NCBI GenBank assembly: GCA_002269645.1
Contig: NIVC01000906.1
Location: 350,639 to 414,638, forward strand
Origin: Macrostomum lignano
Taxonomy: Eukaryota
Length of the DNA: 64,000 bases
Reading direction: 5' to 3'
Below the pieces are notes generated by a model, which was given only the letters and a program-made list of their open reading frames with translations, was not told the origin of the DNA and searched no databases. The translations under genes and the position numbers were made by a program. Below are positions 36,805 to 49,641 of this stretch, piece after piece (within the stretch, counting starts at the first letter, position 1; every line of letters begins with the position of its first letter).

Positions 36805-39800
36805 ATGAAGAATCTGAATGCTGCCAGTTCGTTTTCCATCTTTGCGGCTCTGCTAGCGGCCGTCTTGGTTGATGGTTAGTTATTATTATTATTATTATTA
36901 CTATTATTATGTAGGAAGTAAGATAGGGTAGACAGGCATATAAGGCGCATGCATGTAGGTTGCTGTTTTGAAGCTCTCAGGTCCTAGCTCGTACACAAAC
37001 GTTGTTAATCCTCTTTCTCTCGCCTACCCGATCCTGCAGCCTACCCGATGGGACCCCCGGCAGCCGCGTGCCTCAACCAGCAGCCGTTCCACACCAAAAC
37101 TAAGAAAGCGGGCGCCACCGACTTGTACCCGGGCGTTGCTGGCAAAGCTCAGTTTGCCATCACCGTCGGTTCGACAACTTGGAGTGCGGGCGGCACTTTG
37201 ACAGGTAAATATTGGCTTTTTGTAGGGGACGCTTGATTAAGCGTGAATGACACAAACTGCTTGACTCCGGTGCAAGAGCGCATTTTAAATGTACGTATCT
37301 GGCACAAGGACTACTCAAGTAGTCCACAAGTAGTCCTCGAGGGGAAACTCGTTTCTTAGAAAATTTGAGTAGGCAGATTTTTCCGAGAAAGAGACACTAC
37401 GGAGATAGGAAGTTTACATTTTTCAGCACAAAAATGGTTATTGCTTTCGATAGGATGCAGGCCCAATTTTCATTTTTTGATATGTGTTGCGCCTTTCTTA
37501 GGTCTTATCGATATTCATAAAGCTTTCTCGTTCAGAAAATTACGCGTAGGAGTCTATATTAATTTTTATCCTAATTTTTATCCTAAAGGGGTTTCCCGTC
37601 CTTCTTACAATTAAGTAGTCCTTGGTCTGGCACAGGCGGCAGGCGCGTATCTAAATGCAATTTGAGTTCAGGTAATTGATGGATGTTTCATGCGTGTCTT
37701 GATGATTTAGCCCCTCCCCTCAAGTGGAGTTCAGTTCAAGTGAATGCAGAATATTCTCGAGGCTACGGGTCTAAAACATAGGGGCGCTAGTCAGTCATGT
37801 GATGTACATCTTTTGTGGTTCTTAATATACGAAGAATACCTGCAACCACGGGAGAAATTGTGTTGTGGCTGATAGTGCAGATGTTGGTTCGTGCCTTTAT
37901 TGGTATCAAAATTATCTGCACTCTTTTGTCACTGCTCGTCGTTTGGGCGCTTATGTCGAATACTGTAAAAAATACCCATGCGCGCTAATGTCATTCGCGC
38001 TTATTTAGCTCTCCATTATGCAGTGCTCAATCTCACCAGGTACGACATGATCTTATTTTATTATTTTTATTAGAGGTGGGGGTTGTGTGCACCCTGGCGC
38101 ACTTTAAGCGACATAGGCACACAACCGGCGAGAGGCATTACTGCCCATTCCGCCGACTCCCCTGAGCAGGCATACAAGCGCGCGGATACGTACGCAGGCA
38201 CACACTCACACAGGAGTGTACAGCGGCCCTAAATTTATTTTTATCGTTAGGCATGTACACTTCACTGCGCCTTGGGGGGTTGGCTCTCAAGGCCGTTAAT
38301 TGCACGAGCAGAGCCAAGCCGAGATTCCAATTCAGCCCCAAATTAATGTGACTGCACTTGGAATCGAGCCTGGGTCGCTGGCACACCAGAGCAGCTGCGC
38401 TACCGCTGGGCTACGGTCCCCCTACGACATGATCTTGTGATCGTATTAACTAATTAGCTGCTTATAAAACTGTTTCGCAGTGACCCTGGCCGGAGCCTCT
38501 GGCTCAACGAAATTCGCCGGCTTTGTAATGAAAGCAGTTCGAGCATCGAACGGCTATACTAACAACAACCTCGGCCCCCTGCTGGGCAGCTTCGCCTGTT
38601 CAACCTCCGCCGGCATGACTGCCCCGCCAAGATACTTCTCTGTGTACGCGCCAGGCGGGGTGAGGCGAACTGCATCGCTTTCGATGACAAGTCAATGGAA
38701 AACCCTTAAAAGGGCCGTTTTAACTATAAAACTTTCAGGAAAACAACTGCGTCGCGCACTCGACGGGAGACGACGACATGTACAGCTCGGTCACGTGCAC
38801 TTGGACCGCTCCTACTACCAACGAAGGCCCCATAATGTTCTCGTGAGTGTTAATAACTATTGATTACAAGTAATAATTAACTATCTGCATACTCCTTGCT
38901 AAATAATGCAATAAACCTTTCTTTCCAGCGCCACTGTCGTGAGCGACTACGACAAATATCAGACTCAGATTCAGAGCGCTGCCATTCCCAACTCAGCTGG
39001 GGCAGGCAATTTCTCTACTGGCAATGTGAGTCGCTCGCACGATATGAGCTTAAAATGAAGGAAAAATCTTCACCATTGCTCTTCTGGATTGATTTTAGTC
39101 ATCTCACTTTAACCTTTACTTAGAAACTGTGTACCTAGAAGTGACGTGACGAATAAACTTTCTGAGAATCGATAGCACTAGAAGTTGCAGCTAGTTGTAT
39201 GAGGACATAGCCACCGGCGTCCACCCGCGTCCATGAGGATACGCAACCGACAGCTCAGCTGCAGCTATTGCGCGGCACATATGAAAGCTGCTACGTACGG
39301 CTGTTCAGTCCAAGGACTGGGGGTGGCCACACACACCCTCAGTTAAAGCTGGGTGAACTGAAGCAATGTAGAGTTAAGTGTCTTACCCTCAAGGACACAA
39401 ATTGTTCCGAGGCGGTGGATAAGCGTGAGCCCGACGCTCTAAACCCCCCTTCCCCCAACAATGGTCCCTGTATTTAGCAAAAGTGTCCTGCTGGCATATC
39501 CAATGCATGTAGCTTCTACAAACAACTAAATATACTGTTGATGTTTTAGGACTCAAAGATGTTTCAACGGTTGACTCTCACCCGCCTATTGAACTGTTTG
39601 TGTTATCTTGAGTCTTTGTTACCGCCCACAGGACACGCTGCAGTCCATGCCTACCATGTTCGGTTGCGGCTCCACCAAGACCTGCTCTCTCTACCCGCCA
39701 TCGTGCGACACCCGCGGCGGCTGCCGCTACGGCGTGATGATCACCCCGATGCCATCGACCAACCAGCTGATGTTTGAGATTTTCGGCCACACATTCGACT

Positions 39801-42800
39801 GGCTGGCTGTGGGTCTGGGTGACTCTACTGAGATGGTGAGTCTCAAAATGCATTAGCAATATGGTTTAGCCTTTAATTTCTAGCACTTGATTGGCATTAA
39901 AAAATATTCGTTAGCCGAGTTCTGCGATCGATTTTGATTTTTTTGAAATGCTTTTATAAAGACTGGAAGCATGACTCAATTCCAGCCATAGATAGGGACT
40001 CAAATCCAGCCATAAATAGGGACTCAATTCCAGCCACGGATAGGGACTCAATTCCAGCCACGGATAGGGACTCAATTCCAGCCACGGATAGGGACTCAAT
40101 TCCAGCCACGGATAGGGACTCAATTCCAGCCACGGATAGGGACTCAAATCCAGCCATAGATAGGGACTCAATTCCAGCCACGGATAGGGACTCAATTCCA
40201 GCCACGGATAGGGACTCAATTCCAGCCACGGATAGGGACTCAATTCCAGCCACGGATAGGGACTCAATTCCAGCCACGGATAGGGACTCAATTCCAGCCA
40301 CGGATAGGGACTCAATTCCAGCCACGGATAGGGACTCAAATCCAGCCATAGATAGGGACTCAATTCCAGCCACGGATAGGGACTCAAATCCAGCCATAGA
40401 TAGGGACTCAATTCCAGCCATGGATAGGGACTCAATTCCAGCCACGGATAGGGACTCAATTCCAGCCATGGATAGGGACTCAATTCCAGCCACGGATAGG
40501 GACTCAATTCCAGCCATGGATAGGGACTCAATTCCAGCCACGGATAGGGACTCAATTCCAGCCATGGATAGGGACTCAATTCCAGCCACGGATAGGGACT
40601 CAATTCCAGCCACGGATAGGGACTCAATTCCAGCCACGGATAGGGACTCAATTCCAGCCATCGTGACCAAGTTTGAGCTGAAGCAAATCACCATGTGTTA
40701 TGTGAGACAATTGAGTAAAGATAAAGATCTGTCAGTGACAAATCCTCGTGAAAGAAACTCAGTTGAAACACACGGCTTCACCGTATCAACTTTGTTGAGT
40801 CAGAGTCTGAGAAACAAACTATGAGCCGATTGTCAGTAGAAAAATATGTCCGAAACTTAGTTTTTTGCTGAACAAATGCACACGATCTCTAATGTGAGTG
40901 AGTGAACACTTGGGTGCAGATAAACTCTGCAAACTCCACTGAGACGGCAAACTCTGCAGGCAAACAAAGTTTGAAGAAACTGAGAGACGAATTTCTCCCA
41001 GAGAAGCAGCTGGCAAACTTCTGGGCTTTTCTGTTTTCATAGCCAGTCTTGCCGCCCTTTCCCAGAACTGTGAAATTCACATTTTGAATGAATTTCACAT
41101 TGATGAGTCAGTAGGCGTGGGTTACTGGCAGATACTGGTCGCACATTACTGTGAAAATTTAAGAAAACCTTTAGAAAACTGTTCATCACAGAGTGATGGT
41201 AGCTTGATGCCTAAAATAAATCAATGAGGCCTACGAATAAATGGAAAAAAATTAAACGAAAATTGGCACAGTTAAATTTATCCATATTAACTCAACAGGA
41301 GGACCTCGAGATCGTTTTGTGTGGCTATGATTCCAAGAACTCGAAAACTCGCATGGAGTTTGGGTTCGCTCCAGGAGAGTTCTTCGTACCCGTGTACAGG
41401 GTGAGTATTCGAACTCGATGTGCTCAGTCTTCCAACTGCAAATCCTTCTCCCGCAAAACTTTGCTTTAAACCATTTCCCGTTGTAACGCTCTAACAGTAA
41501 AGTGGGCATGTACATGTACCCCTGTGTCTGCAAACCTTTCCATGAGGTTCAGAGTGTGTTTTGAACACGCGAGGTCGTTCATAAACTTAATCAACAATAA
41601 AAGCACCAACAAAACACGCTGAGACAAGGTCTAGCTAGTCATAAAAGCGTCACACAGGGCCCGCTTCATGGCTTGAGCGCTAGCATAGGCCGCTGCGCCG
41701 AAAGAGTCCGGGGCGCCGACGTCTATCAGCGGGCAGTCGATCAAACGTCGAATGTGCGCCTGTCCTCGCCGGTACTCGTAGGGTGCCTGCAGCGTCAGCA
41801 GCCCCTAGGGGCTGGCTGACTGCCAGTGCCAGACTGTCAGGTGTCGGGTGGAGGTCCTCTGCCACGGACACGAACTCTGGCATTCGGTAGACCCACTGGG
41901 CCTGCGGGTGCAGCTGACCTGCCAGGCGACCAATGGGCAGTAGGGATGAGGATAACTGGCAGGGATGACGTCGGGGCCGACCGGGGCTTCGGGGAGGATG
42001 ACGTCTATGCCTAGCGCTGAATTAACAGCCCCTTGCCCTTGGGATGACGCCTGGACTCATTTCCGCAGTCCGCCTCAAGGTCAGCTGGGAGGACCTCGGT
42101 CTGCCCACCGCAGCTGCACCAAAAACAATAAAAGCGTCAGCAGCAGCACCTCCTGCAAAGGCTTTGGGCGGTACGACTCGGCGCGGATGATGTGGCCTGC
42201 GAGCTGGAGTCACCGTTGGCAAAACAGAATGGCTTGGACGCTTTTTAGCTTGAACGGACCTGAACTAAATCAGGAAGATTATTAAGCATGCAAATACCCT
42301 ACAGTTTCTTCCCAAATAAACGATTCTAGAAAAATTCACCCGCAACCCCAAGTAAAATACTTATCTCCATCGTGAAACTGCCTCAAATCCAGTCGGACAT
42401 CACGGACATGAAGAGTCGAATTGAATTGGGCAACGCAGACGCAGCCAGCCTGCCCGTTCAGCCGAACAGAATCAGCTGCCAGTTTGTTCGACCAGTCGAT
42501 GCAACCTTCTCCTACTACAGGTACAACCGGACCAGCACGACGAGCTCGTTGGTCTCTGTCACTAGCAAGATGTCGGCTGAGGGCAAGTTTGTGATACTGG
42601 CTCAAGGACTGAACGTGCCAAGTAAGTGCTTGCGCTGCATTGGGGACTTTCGCCTGAGATATTACACTGGTTGAGATATTGCGTTTGATCACCCTGACTA
42701 CCGCAGACACCCCCAACCTCGGCAAGCACACTCACATTCCGCTGCGATCTCCAGTGCGACTCACTCCAATGGGCAACAAAGCCACCGTGTATTTCAGCGG

Positions 42801-45204
42801 TATCGAAGCCAAAGTGCAGACTCACGGTGAGACTCAAATGCATCTATACAAAACATAATTTTGAAAAGCAAAGGTTCTATAATTGTCTATGATTTATTCA
42901 AAGAATTTTGTTGACCATCCTATGACCGCCACCTTGAATTGTCGAATGATAAAAATATCTAACCCCCCCCCCGCATCGCACCTCAGGCACCCTCATGACC
43001 ATCTTCTGGCTCTTCCTATGCGGCCTGTCTATCGTTGTTGCCCGGCACACTCGTCCGGTCCTGACGCAGGAGCTGGTCAAGAAGCAACTGTGGTTCCTCA
43101 TCCACGTCTGCGCAATGGTCATTGGCTACGTTATCGCGCTGGCTGGCTTCATCTACATCCTGGTGAAGGAGGGCGAGTGGGAGACCGACTCCCAGGTGCA
43201 CGGAATTTTCGGCGTCATCGGCATGTCGCTCGGCCTCATCAACATCATCGCCGGCATTTTCCGGCCGCACCCGGGCACCAAGCACAGGTCGATCTTTAAC
43301 CGGCTGCACCGCTGGAACGGCCTGTTGGCGATGGCGTTCGCCAGTAAGTCACAGGCTTGACTGAGTATTGGGATGCGATCCCTGCATCCAGCAAGAGTTC
43401 ATGCTGTTGAAGATGGGCTTTCTGTTTGACGCTCCAGTGACCTTTTAGGCCCAAATGGCAGCCATGACTCACCTAGCATAGGGCAGTTATTTTGTCAATT
43501 AATTATTCTTCATTCATTTAAATACATGCATGGTAGAGTACGGCTACAACTTAAATAATAAAAAATAGTTCTTTCATTTCAATAACTTTAACTTGGACCA
43601 TTTCAGCCGTCGCCATTTGGCTGGGCGCCACATTCGAAAGTCTCAGGCCGGAATTCCGTTTCTGGGCCGTCATCGTGCTGGCCATCTACACGGGAATGCA
43701 GATTATCGCCATGATTCTGTTCGAGTGCCTGCGCATCCGTGAGTGCCATGTCATGGATAACTGCAGTATTAGGACTTTGACTTGACTCAGCTGCAGGGGG
43801 TTCCGGGCATCCGGATACAGCGGGGAGGCGTCGACGCCCGTTCCGCTTACCCCCTAGCGACCACGGGTAGCTGGTGCTGCGGTGTCGCGGAGGGAGATAC
43901 TGTGGTGCCGTTGTCCGCAGCGAGGTTCCCCCTCCAGAGGGTCCAAGAGGTTGGATGGTCGCTCACCCACATCCGCCGTTAGGGTAGCGGACGAGCTGGC
44001 AGAGATTCTCGGGCATGAAAATATCGGTGAGGGCCGGGTAGGTGAGCCTGTCTTGAGTAAAGCTGGAGCATTCACAGATGAAGTGCTCCGCATTCTCAAA
44101 ACCGGAGAGGCAGAATGGCATTCCTCGCTACGGATTTTTCCCTGCAGGTGATGATGCCTGGCAGAACAGTCAAAACCTGAGAGGGCTATATATGGACACC
44201 GACCTGATGTCCCTGATTGTCTGCAATCGAGGGCGTTAGCCCACCTCTGCCTGTGCTTTGAAGCCACCCTCTGGTTGATCCAAGTGGTGAAAACGGCAGT
44301 TGGGGTGGGGCAGGAAACCAGTAAAAGATCCGATCGAGGCAGCCTTAGCCAGGCAATCGGCAACTCGTCACCTGAGTGTCCGGGGATCCACCCTAGAGAC
44401 ACCTTCTTGGAGGCGCCTAAGCGATTAAGCTGCGCGATTCAGTCGATGACTGTGCGCGAGCAACTGGTGGTTCACTCAAATGCGTGGATCGCCGCTTGAC
44501 TGCCCGAGTGGTGGGTAATTTCCTTCCTCTAGGCTCTCTGGTTGTACAGCTCCATGGCACAGGAGCTGATGGTGAGAACTTTGTTCTGAAAGACGGTAGG
44601 GCAGGTGCCGATGTATTGGGAGAAGTTCGCAACGGTTCTCCCCCGAGACACCAGATGCGGCAACCGTAGACAGAGGCGGAGTTGATTTGGGACTCGTCAG
44701 TGAAGCAGTGGATTTTACGGGGTTGCCAGTTGTTCCTTGCTTCGTGACGCGGTGGAATGCTGGTTTTGAATTTACGCGGAGGGCAGAGCATGGACGGAGT
44801 CCACCGAAGGGTCAGCAGGGCCGCTGCTTCCAGGTCTCGTAGAAGCTGGAAGTCGGTAAAGAACGTATGCATTTAACGACTCGCGAGTGTTGCATTCTTC
44901 TACTTTGTTTGCTGATTATTTAGGTGCTGCGACTACGAACAACAAAAAGTATTAATTTAATCTGCCCTTTCATTTTCACTTTCCAAAAGGCGCCGTCCGC
45001 AACAAGAAGCTGGAGGGCGCCATCAGCCGACGCTTTGAGCTGACTGACAAGTCTACGGAATCGGTGGCTGCCACCAACAGCGAGCCGGAGCCGAAGATCA
45101 AAGGCAAGCAGCTCGAGCACGTCAGCGAAGGCTGGCTGGTGGCCTACGCATGCGTGTTCTTGGCCTTGGCCGCCGCCTTCTGGGCTGGTCTGTGGATGCA
45201 CTGA
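36805..45204 (+). CDS. FRRS1: Ferric-chelate reductase 1-like (signal peptide, Reeler, DOMON, cytochrome b561); exons 36805-36874, 37040-37204, 38481-38659, 38739-38842, 38929-39025, 39632-39835, 41299-41400, 42393-42621, 42707-42826, 42987-43343, 43607-43738, 44990-45204
   Basis: [24 protein letters not shown] and SATVV (Reeler); [15 protein letters not shown] and ISCQFVR (DOMON); heme His motifs QTHGTLM, FLIHVC, VHGIFG and RLHRWNG. Phases are consistent. Confidence 0.88.
37305..37624. mobile_element. hAT-type MITE in FRRS1 intron 2
   Basis: 11-bp TIR CAAGGACTACT/AGTAGTCCTTG and an 8-bp flanking duplication ATCTGGCA/GTCTGGCA (7 of 8 match). Confidence 0.75.
38055..38422 (-). mobile_element. 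tRNA-derived SINE family 2, full length
   Basis: Minus-strand head GGGACCGTAGCCCAGCGG...GGCTCGATTCC, A-rich tail, and a perfect 14-bp TSD TACGACATGATCTT at 38041-38054 and 38423-38436. Confidence 0.85.
39245..39440 (-). mobile_element. SINE family 1, degenerate partial copy
   Basis: CAGCTCAGCTGCAGCTATTGCGCGG...GCTGTTCAGTCCAAGGACTG...CAAGGACACAAATTGTTCC matches the other copies. Confidence 0.8.
39965..40662. repeat. 24-bp minisatellite in FRRS1 intron 6
   Basis: GGGACTCAATTCCAGCCACGGATA units. Confidence 0.97.
41650..42225 (-). mobile_element. RTE-like LINE 3' ORF fragments
   Basis: [26 protein letters not shown] and [23 protein letters not shown] resemble the RTE-clade C-terminus (LAGH..R / RRG motifs); the two pieces are separated by unrelated sequence. 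Confidence 0.55.
43780..44875 (-). mobile_element. 5'-truncated degenerate LINE with RNase H and C-terminal CCHC motif (I/R1/Loa-like)
   Basis: [22 protein letters not shown] (RNase H) and [17 protein letters not shown] (zinc knuckle); several frameshifts. Confidence 0.75.
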
Positions 45205-45859
45205 GCTGAACTGCGTTCAAAGAGAAGCTGCTGCTGTGTCTGAAGCTCGAAAATCAACTGTTCAAATATTTGATTGAATGACTGTGAAGGACGTTCGATG
45301 GATTGAGACAGCGACGGGAGATGGCCTATGCGTTAGCCATGATGGCAGCCATTGTGCCTCATTTTCGAGTTCGAATTACTGGAATTAGTGGTGTTAACAG
45401 TAGCCGACTGTATAAACCAGCCTAATGGAGGCCTCGAGTATGAAAGTTTTAAATAAGATTAATTTTTTATTCGAAAATAATGCGTTTTTGTTATTCGAAA
45501 TGTCCAGATATTTTCACAGAAAACTAAGCTTTACTATTCCTAGCTAACATGCTTATACCCACAGAATACAACTGGTGCAGTTGTATGTAGAGATTTTATA
45601 TAGCTAAATTGTGACTTTTTTAATCATAACAATCGTCAATAGACTAGATTTTTAATGGGTAATCAGTGCTAAAATGCACAGCAAATTGCAGAAATGAAAT
45701 TTTGCCTGAAATTTTTATTAGTATCGCGGCGGAGCCGCCTATACATATACTATTTCTAGAATTCTTAAGAATGTCATGTAGCTAATCATGACAATGTAGC
45801 CTATTACACTGTTAAAACTTACAATATTTATTAATCAATACAAATACAGCGATATATTC

Positions 45860-46045
45860 TATCTATCTAAATCTAAGCTGTCTCTGTCTATCTGTCTGTC
45901 TGTCTGTGCGATAAATAGAAAAAAACGGCTCAACCGATTTCCACCAAACTTGCACCATTCGATCAGAAATTTCTCCATGACGGTACATGGGGTCGTGGCT
46001 AAGAAATTGCTCAATGCTAAAGGGATTAAATATTCGAAAAACGGT
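45860..46045. repeat. Dispersed repeat with (GTCT)n; second copy at about 5500-5630
   Basis: Both copies share CAAACTTG(C/T)ACCATTC...CGTGGCTAA...ATGCTAAAGGGATTAAATATTC; possibly a non-autonomous Helitron/Helentron derivative. Confidence 0.55.
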
Positions 46046-47286
46046 ATTATCACTATCTAATTAGTGTATTTTTCTTGCAGTGAGAGCTCAATACGTCAAT
46101 GGCCATAGACTAAACTTCAATTCTTGAGCTGCTGCTGAGTTATAAATAGCTATACCTAGCTTATTAAATTGTAATATTTATGAATATCTTTGTCTTTAAC
46201 TTTAATTGTTTCAATCCGGAACTGATTGTTTGAATTAAAGTCGGGTGTTACTAAAGTGCATAATCACTTGAACAGAAATGCCTCAACGACATTGTAATTA
46301 TACTTTTACCCAGACGCAATGAAAAAATATTTTGGCCATTATTCCACAGTTTTGATGTGTACCATAGACATTTGGATTGAAAAAATCCATCGCTCAGTAT
46401 TTTTGTTAATAAATACAGAATAACAAGAAGTGAATGAACAAAAAGGAAAAATCATTAAAACTAAAGTACCAGCTACACGAAAAGAGTTAATAATAAATGT
46501 CACAGCTAGTGCAGTTTATCAGTTTGTAGTCGAAATTTGACAATGTAAAAATCAATTTGTCACCCAAAGTGAAACATGCACAGTTCTCAAAGCCGCAGTT
46601 TCCAAAGATGCTCGACACTTTAGCCTGATGATTTGGCACTGCAAAAGGAGTTGGTCTATGTTGAATGTTTTCTATGAAAGAGGAATACAGGTGCTCAAGT
46701 ATAGTTGCCGAACTTACCATTTGAAAGATGCACGTCTTGGTTAAATTGGCATGCGACTGATGAGCTTCGTCTGATGAGCTTCTTTGGTACTGCAGTATCC
46801 AAGCTGGGATTCTTTGGGACTGTCGGCTGCTCGACTGAATCGATTGGCCGCTTTCAGGCATCGTTTATAGCCGTCGAGGCGTTGAAGACTGCATGGTCGC
46901 GTTTTCTTCCTGCGGTAGCGGTGCGGTGCGGTAGCGCCGCACGGTTCGTTCAGTCGTCGACAGGAAGATTTTTTCAATTAATAAGCGCGGCTGTTTGACG
47001 AGATGCACCAGCCATGGTTGTTTGACAAGACAAATAGCTTTTTCTCCCACTACTCGCTTTCCTGATTTCTTGCAAGACGCAAGCGAAATCAGCACTCATC
47101 ACAGTGTTGTCTATGGTCAAACTAAGCCACACAACTCAGTCGTCTATGAATAAAACAACTCTTAAAACAGCCAATTGAAGCATGATAAAAAGTGTGGAAT
47201 GATGACAGCGACAAAAGTGTGGAATAATGGCCGCAAAAGTGTGGAATAATGACTGAGCGCTGAGTGAAAGTATAAATACAATGCAC

Positions 47287-47391
47287 TTGTATAGTATGCA
47301 ACTGAGTTGAATAATGGCCAAAACTCGAGTGCGCGTAGCGTAGCGCACGAGTGTCTATGGCCATTATTCAACTCAGTTGCATACTATACAA
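47287..47391. other. Perfect 34-bp inverted repeat with a 37-nt spacer
   Basis: TTGTATAGTATGCAACTGAGTTGAATAATGGCCA (47287-47320) and its exact reverse complement (47358-47391). Confidence 0.95.
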
Positions 47392-47409
47392 TCTACCATT
47401 GTGCTAGGT

Positions 47410-47645
47410 TTAAGAGGGAATTGCTGAGATGTCAAGGCTTAATGGGAAATTGCTAATATGTCAAGGCTTATAGCTAGGGGAATTGCTGGGATGTCAAGGC
47501 TTACAGCTGGGGGAATTGCTAAGATGTCAAGGCTTATGGGGAATTGCTGAGATGTCAAGGCTTATGGGGAATTGCTGGGATGTCAAGGCTTATGGGGAAT
47601 TTCTAAGATGTCAAGGCTTGTGGGATTGTTGAGATGCCAAGGCTT
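47410..47645. repeat. ~29-bp tandem repeat (GGGGAATTGCTGAGATGTCAAGGCTTAT)
   Basis: About seven imperfect copies. Confidence 0.9.
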
Positions 47646-48937
47646 ACTGGAAGCATCGCATGGGTCTATTCTTTAATTTAAGCAATATTTTCATTTTCTT
47701 TTTTGCACTCCCGAACGGGCTGGATTGCTAGTACCTAACTAAATCAAACTTGCTTATCTTTCTACTAAACTGTGTGGAAGTGCAGAACTTTAAATTGGAG
47801 GTGTGTGAATGGGTTTTATCGGAATTTAGCTTACTCGTTTGTTAGCCTAAAATATCCGATAATCACTTGTCAGCTCTTTTTGCATATGCTACAACTATAA
47901 AATCCTAATGTACGCAATTAGTCATAAATTCATTGCAAACGTGCGAAACGTCTTATTGAACAGTTGTTTAATTGAATCCTGTAGAAACTACATGGGGCAG
48001 TTTATCTTGTGTAAAATGCATTTGCTTTCTACAGTGACTATAGCTGCTTCTCAAGTACGCAGAGGCAGGGACGATACAAATTTAGGGACCTTTTTCAAGC
48101 CCAGTGCGTATGAAGCTTTAAAATTTCTCGAAGATGGATCTCTGCGATTCCACGAAAGTGGACAGCAGCAGAGTTGGAAAAGTTGCACAGCGATCCAAAG
48201 CACAAATACCGCTTTGGATCTGCTTACTGCATTTTTCAGAAAGGCTATTTTTAACCAACTCTCGGGAATCCAACTCAAGCCGTAATCGCTCCGCATTTGC
48301 AAATGCAGATGGAGCAACCAAAGCAGCTGAAAAACTTCTGATGCCGTACTCAGCATCTTTCCGAACGCGCCATTCTACCCGAGCAAAACTGTTTCTGAGG
48401 AGCGACCTACCACCACGACACCTGCTCAGACTCGGCGAGAGAGGGCCATGTCTTACTACGAGGACGAGGCGGAAACCTTGCTCGAAACCGATGTCATTGG
48501 GGGCTTCTATGATCTACTGGCGTTCGAGTTTCCCGCCACAATGGGTTTTAAAATCTTTTTTTCCGCGCTAAAAGAAAGAACAGTTTTGTTAATAATGCTA
48601 CTCAACCTTGGGAATCATAAAATTCTGAATGTTTTGCGTTGAATGTTGCAAACCGAATCTTTCTATGCCTTTTACTTACAAAGTTATCAGCCATAGTTCA
48701 AATGAAAAATAGTTGCATTTTCCTATTCTCTCACTGCATTTGTATTCGGCTTTTACCTATAAACTTGTAAGCATTGCTTTGAGTAGTGTCCCTTTCTTGG
48801 GAGCGCAGCGAGCCAATTGTATTCTCTGGCAGAGGGTAAAAGAAAAAAAGAGGAGAGGTCTGTAGTAGGGCGAATTATGATACTGCCGCACTAGCACTGG
48901 CGAGATAGGCGGCAATGCAAATGTATAGGGAAAAATA

Positions 48938-49435
48938 CACTGCGGAGATATGAGCCCTATCTCTGTGCATTGGGGACGGCTAAGCACTGCAGAGATATGA
49001 GCTCTATCTCTGTGCATTGGGGACGGCTAAGCACTGCAGAGATATGAGCTCTATCTCTGTGCATTGGGGACGGCTAAGCACTGCAGAGATATGAGCTCTA
49101 TCTCTGTGCATTGGGGACGGCTAAGCACTGCAGAGATATGAGCTCTATCTCTGTGCATTGGGGACGGCTAAGCACTGCAGAGATATGAGCTCTATCTCTG
49201 CTTAACACAGGAGTGATAGGAGAAGAGGCGGCCTATTTCTTTACACTGGAGATGGTTAACACTGCAGAGATAGGAGGAGAGGCGGCCTATCTCTTTGCAT
49301 TGGGGGTGGTTAACACTGCAGAGATAGGAGGAGAGGCGGCCTATCTCTTTGCATTGGGGGTGGTTAACACTGCAGAGATAGGAGGAGAGGCGGCCTATCT
49401 CTTTGCATTGGGGGTGGTTAACACTGCAGAGATAA
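48938..49435. repeat. Composite hairpin-unit array: six 47-bp units followed by about four 54-bp units
   Basis: Units start at 48938, 48985, 49032, 49079, 49126 and 49173, then 49258, 49312 and 49366. All share CACTGCAGAGATA...TATCTCT.TGCATTGGGG. Confidence 0.95.
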
Positions 49436-49476
49436 GATGTTAATCTATGTAATTGGAAATAATGTTTGCGAAAGAG

Positions 49477-49537
49477 CCAATCACAGAGCCCGGAGTGGGA
49501 TGGGTGGTTTGGGGTGGTTCGGTCGAGGGTATATAAG
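49477..49537 (+). promoter_or_regulatory. Putative Pol II promoter of the viral sense cluster
   Basis: CCAAT at 49477-49481, G-rich boxes, and TATATAAG at 49530-49537, about 105 nt upstream of ATG 49642. Confidence 0.65.
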
Positions 49538-49641
49538 CCCCGAAATTGACAAGGAAGAATTCTCAATTTTTCAAATCCAAAATTTCATCCGAAATTTTCC
49601 TCAGCTTTTAACTTTTGTGAGTTTTCAATTGCGAAAGGAAA

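Noticed and set aside
46725-46790. Hammerhead ribozyme suggested by two CTGATGAG motifs and an upstream GAAA
   Set aside because: I could not form stems II and III, and the GAAA is not followed by the required pairing.
48938-49435. CRISPR-like appearance of the palindromic repeat array
   Set aside because: There are no unique spacers (units are near-identical within each block), no cas genes, and the context is eukaryotic.
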